Source of the DNA: Chiloscyllium plagiosum
Lineage: Eukaryota
NCBI RefSeq assembly: GCF_004010195.1
Contig: NC_057718.1
Coordinates: 37,505,650-37,569,649 of the forward strand
Direction of reading: 5' to 3'
Length of the DNA: 64,000 nucleotides
Shown piece by piece: positions 59,621 to 64,000 of this stretch (within the stretch, counting starts at the first letter, position 1; the number at the start of each line of letters is the position of its first letter). The position numbers and the translations under genes are program-made. The notes under the pieces were generated by a model, which was not told the origin of the DNA, searched no databases, and worked only from the letters and a program-made list of their open reading frames with translations.

Positions 59621-61162
59621 CTCCTGTTCCCTGGATGCTGCCTGACCTGCTGCGCTTTTCCAGCAACACATTTTCAGCCAAGATGATCTTGATGACAAGT
59701 TACACCTCACTGGAACTCTCCCCTCAATATGCGACATATCTTGCCATAGCCCATATTGCTCAGGCCCTATAAAGTTCTACCTAATAATGTACTATAACAT
59801 CATTAAGATGTCAATCAAAATCCAATATTCCATTTCCACTGCTAAGTGAATCCATTTCTGAGTCTTGGAGTGCAATCAAGTAATCATTATGAGTTCATCT
59901 GTGAATTGCATCAACAACAATAGATGGACATCTGTTCCTCCAAATTGCCTAATTCTCACCCATTCTTATCTTTGATCTGTTTCTGGGTTTGGTAGGCCTG
60001 ACTTGATTCTGGTTCTAGATTACTAGTTCCAGTGACTTTGCTACTACACCACCAACTCCTATAAATCTAGTTCTTGGTGTCCGGGTATCAATTTGGCAAA
60101 GCAGATCAATCTTTGCCGAAAGCAAGATAGGTGTTGGAAAGTTGGAAAAGCAGAGATGTGCCAATTGGCATCATATGCAATAACTTCAGGATCATGGTTT
60201 CTTCAAGTGATATCGACAATGTGGAGCTGCATTGCAACAATTCATGTCCCTGCCCAAAAAAGCAAAACTCCATACATACATATTTTCACTAAATTTCACA
60301 TCTGTCTCACAAGCCTCCAAAAGGCAAATCCTTATGCATATGGAAGCCACTGACACATAGCGCTCTCCTAACGTTAAGATGGTTTCAAATTAACATTAAA
60401 ATTCCCTCAGAAGTGCAATCTGCACTGTAACTTGTTGAATTTTTGTTTGACTATGTTGTAATTATACAACAAACCATCTGAAGCAAAAGCAGTGTTAGAT
60501 GATATAACACAGTTTGAATTTACTCAGTCTTGTTGCTTTTACCCCAAAATTATCATGCAGATTGTGGAGATGCATATCCCTTTTCATACCAATGCACAAA
60601 GGCAGATTGTCTGGGCATAAAAATTATTGATTCAAATGGAATGCAAATTGGTTTGATTTTACATTGGGAGCTGACCCTCCATGCTACTTCTACTTGCAGG
60701 CCTCAAATCTACTGATTGCTATGTTAACCAATTGTGAGTCTTATAGATGAAATTGTTGTATCTGCTGTCATGTGGACATCTAGTTATCATATCTTCCAAT
60801 ACCTCTATTTGGCAGTACATTACTTGTAGCATTACTATAAGTTCACACAGCTAATAATAAATTAAACACAGTATAAAGAATGATCAGACTACTGGTTGTG
60901 TCACTGATACAGAAAGAAACCAGCCAGTTTCCTCAATAAAGCTTAAAAATTTCAAAAATGCAGCAGCAACTTGGGAAAGTTCAGCCACACTGCCTGTAAT
61001 CTATCACAGGCACTGATGACGAACGAGGCTATTCACTCTCAGTACATATAATGACAATGCACCCTGAATAACATTATACTTCACTACATTACCAATCATG
61101 TTGGTTAATTGCAGCAATATACACTGACTCTTTTACTCACACGATTAAGTAAAAGAATGAGC

Positions 61163-61272
61163 GTACATTTATACTGCACCTTTCATGACCTTAGGGTGTC
61201 TCAAAGCATTTTACAGCCAATGAAGTGCTTTGAAATGTAGTCACATTTGTAGTGCAGGAAATGCGCCAATTT
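61163..61272 (-). mobile_element. 3' tail of an old Deu-domain/L2-tailed SINE
   Basis: cctttcatgaccttagggtgtctcaaagcattttacagccaatgaagtgctttgaaatgtagtcac resembles the antisense AmnSINE/DeuSINE-type tail (recalled consensus). Confidence 0.55.
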
Positions 61273-61975
61273 TTCATGAGAGTAAATTATTAATTTTGGT
61301 AGCAGGAGACTCAAGGATCAAAGAAAATCCATGGGCAGAAGGAGACCGTGGAGAAAAAAGCTCTTTTCACAGTGGCTGTGCTGAGACATACCATGTGACA
61401 TCAGTTATACGCCAACCTTTGGTCCCCAGCTTTCATTTTCATTGCACACCCTGCAGCTGTGACACTAACAGAAGTCAGCAATTTCTTCTTTTCATTGTCT
61501 CTTGAAAGCTTTGCTGTCCTTCTAGGCAATGTCGTTAATGATCATTCTTCATTTATCAAAGGCTAGCTCTTTGTAAAAGGGCATTGCAGTCATTTTTAAT
61601 CTGCCACTCAACCAGTATCCACACACTTGGCTTTCCAGCAAGTCAATGTTAGTCAATCAGGAGAGCGAGTACTAGGTGATATTTTCCCTCCTACCTGGGA
61701 GGCTGTTCGGCCAAATGTAGTGTCCATACTATCAGACTGAATCCGATCAATTCATTTAGTTGAGATCTTCTGTTTGACATTAGACATTGGGACTTGTGGC
61801 CATTTTGCCACACTGAGAAGGAATCAGAAAATGAGTTACAAATAATGTTGGAGTTTTAAATCTCGGTGTATTCATAACACTTTACAAAAAAGAAGTTAGA
61901 GTAGTTAGCATATTAAAGGCATGAATTTTACTGTTGTATTGATGGTAAATTTTATTGATTTCAATTTTTTTTTAA

Positions 61976-62275
61976 GATTACATTACAGTATGGAAACAGG
62001 CCCTTCGGCCCAACAAGTCCACACCGACCCGCCGAAGCGAAACCCACCCATACCCCTACATTTACCCCTTACCTAACACTACGGGCAATTTAGTATGGCC
62101 AATTCACCTGACCTTGCAGGTCTTTGGACTGTGGGAGGAAACCGGAGCACCCGGAGGAAACCCACGCAGACACGGGGAGAACTTGCAAACTTGCAAGTCT
62201 CCTGAGGCGGGAATTGAACCCGGGTCTCTGGCGCTGTGAGGCAGCAATGCTAACCACTGTGCCACCGTGCCGCCC
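61976..62275 (-). mobile_element. HE1/V-SINE, young
   Basis: Minus-strand head gggcggcacggtggcacagtggttagcattgctgcctcacagcgccagagacccgggttcaattccc with A/B boxes and CpGs retained; CR1-like tail ending (tgtaa)n. Confidence 0.95.
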
Positions 62276-62417
62276 ACAAATTTCTAATATGCATGCCACA
62301 ATCTTTATTGTAAAATTGCATAAATAGTAAATAAGTAATATATTTTACTTTCTGCAGTGCCCTGTAAAGAATTCGTCAATGCGATCTGTTGATTGCCCTG
62401 ATTGATGACATCACTAC

Positions 62418-62506
62418 TGCTGGGTTTGGAGAAAGGTCTATGACTTAATTCAAATTAATGCTGGGTTTGGCGAAAAGCCAATGACTTAATTCAAATTAAT
62501 GTTGGG
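62418..62506. repeat. 41-bp tandem duplication
   Basis: tgctgggtttgg.gaaa.g.c.atgacttaattcaaattaa twice, plus a partial third unit. Confidence 0.9.
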
Positions 62507-63519
62507 AATGTGGAAATCCACACAACAAGTCACTGGATCATAGTGGACAGCATGTTTAGAGTTTACCTTAGAGCACCATTGCTTTGTCACTAATCATAAC
62601 ATCCGTGCTAAAGTACATGCAAGACATCAAAGCTGTTTCACCAAAGAAAGTAAATGTGATTTAATTCATTAGCCTTTCTCAGTAATTGATAAACACCTCA
62701 CAAAAATTGGAGCCAATTTAAGTTCTTATACTAGGCATAAACAGGATGGTAGCTGTGTGAAAATTGCATTAACTCACTTCCAGCCACTTTTTGGGATTAT
62801 ATCTGTAATCATAGTGGATGAGGTTAAGAAGAATGAATGAATGAATGACGTCTGTTGAAATTTGGCATCACCAATGGACACAGGCAACATGTTGGCATTG
62901 ACCAGCCTAACCAAAGCCCTAAAACAGATCACTGAAGACCACTTGAAAGGTGAGCAAGTATTTTTTTAATTATCATTTTTGTGCAACCAAAATAAGTCTG
63001 CAAAAAAAACCTACTTAAATCCTGCCTCACCACAGGCTCCAATTGTCGGCTAACTTTGCACACTTAGATTAGTGGCATGTTACCATTCAGTCAGCTGAAC
63101 CAGCAAAGGAGGTTTCAAAGTAACAACTCATTGATTTCTGCCACTCCTTCAGTGCTGCATTGAGTATCAGCCAAGAACACGCACTCAATTCTGAAGGAGT
63201 AGTTAAACCCATGACCTTTTGAATCAGAAAAGAGGATTCTAAACTAACAGACATGTAGCTGGAAGTTATGGGAATGAACCTTGAATTTTATCCAAATTGT
63301 GAACTTCAGTACCTTAGAATAGGGTGTGAGATTCTAAAAAGGGATGTGGTAATGGCATACACCTTATTTGATGTTTTCTCTCATGATATGTTGGATAGCA
63401 TTATAACATAAGAGGTAACTTGGACATGTCTCTTCCAAGGATTCTTGAAAGCATTCTACTGTTTCTTTTTGCAAAGTTGTGTGACACCGGAGTATGTACC
63501 CATCGGGTGCAATAGGCTA

Positions 63520-63965
63520 ATCATTGGGCTTTCACAACCAGTTTCACAAATGCATTGCTATGGCTTTGCAGGGGACCTTGAAGGTATTAGTTGAAAAAAA
63601 TCAAGGGATACCCAGTTAGATCAACAACTGTATTGGTCTTAACTGAAACCAATTTCTATCTCTGTATCCTTTGGTGATGAATCCAGACTAAGGAGCCATA
63701 ATCTTAAAATTAGAACAAAGCCATTTAAGTGCTGTTTTGGGAAAGACATTTTCACATCAAGGATAGTAAAAATCTGCAGATTTCTCCTCCAAAGGATGTG
63801 AATAAGAGGTCACTTGATATTTTGAAAATTGACACTATAGCTTGTTTAGTTAGACACAGAAGGATATCCTGCAGATCCTTGTAGATGGAGTTGAGGTATA
63901 AATCATTCATAACCCTGTCAGACCATCATGTGTGCCTGAGGGTCCTCCAGTTGGTTCTATGGTTA
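63520..63965 (+). mobile_element. Old CR1 3' end
   Basis: gaatccagactaaggagccataatcttaaaattaga...ttcacatcaaggatagtaaaaatctg...gatggagttgaggta. Confidence 0.65.
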
Positions 63966-64000
63966 AGACCGTATGAGGGAATAGAAAAGAACCTACATCC

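Larger units (their letters stand above)
59092..59678. mobile_element. Penelope-like family A composite cassette, perfect 16-bp TSD
   Basis: caagatgatcttgatg occurs at 59076-59091 and 59679-59694. Contents: antisense arm, ORF fragment GTFPCNRRRCKTCAH (Cys-rich RT-EN linker), N gap at 59373-59465, then a ~170-bp near-perfect palindrome. Confidence 0.92.

Noticed and set aside
19327..59678. Palindromic cassettes as MITEs or DNA transposons
   Set aside because: TSDs vary in length, arms are asymmetric, and the sequence derives from PLE terminal repeats attached to RT and GIY-YIG coding remnants.
61976..62275. tRNA-like A/B boxes in HE1 heads as tRNA genes
   Set aside because: They continue into SINE core and LINE tail and do not form a complete cloverleaf.

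Overview
This is non-coding, repeat-dense vertebrate DNA. The repeat families (HE1/V-SINE, SacSINE-like SINE, shark-type CR1) point to a shark; this is inferred from remembered consensus sequences, not from a database search. I found no recognisable host protein-coding gene, and nearly all ORFs in the track are fragments or antisense frames of decayed retroelements. Contents: many CR1-group LINE fragments, including a ~3.6 kb copy with esterase ORF1 plus APE/RT ORF2; an RTE-clade LINE split by nested insertions; an L2 tail; a solo LTR with a 4-bp TSD; five HE1 SINEs; one SacSINE-like SINE; two minisatellites; several local duplications; and a decayed, intron-containing tRNA-Ile(UAU) gene at 5218-5300 (minus strand). 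The main signal is about 20 insertions from at least five Penelope-like element (PLE) families, including one decayed autonomous RT + GIY-YIG body. Four of these families carry a recognisable minimal hammerhead ribozyme. Most copies are short inverted-repeat cassettes with 9-19 bp target-site duplications. They typically show a ~32-38 nt arm asymmetry and often invert in or beside the hammerhead. PLE hammerheads are established biology; the regularity of these cassettes across families is what merits follow-up. All three N-gaps lie inside these cassettes, so assembly artefact must be excluded.
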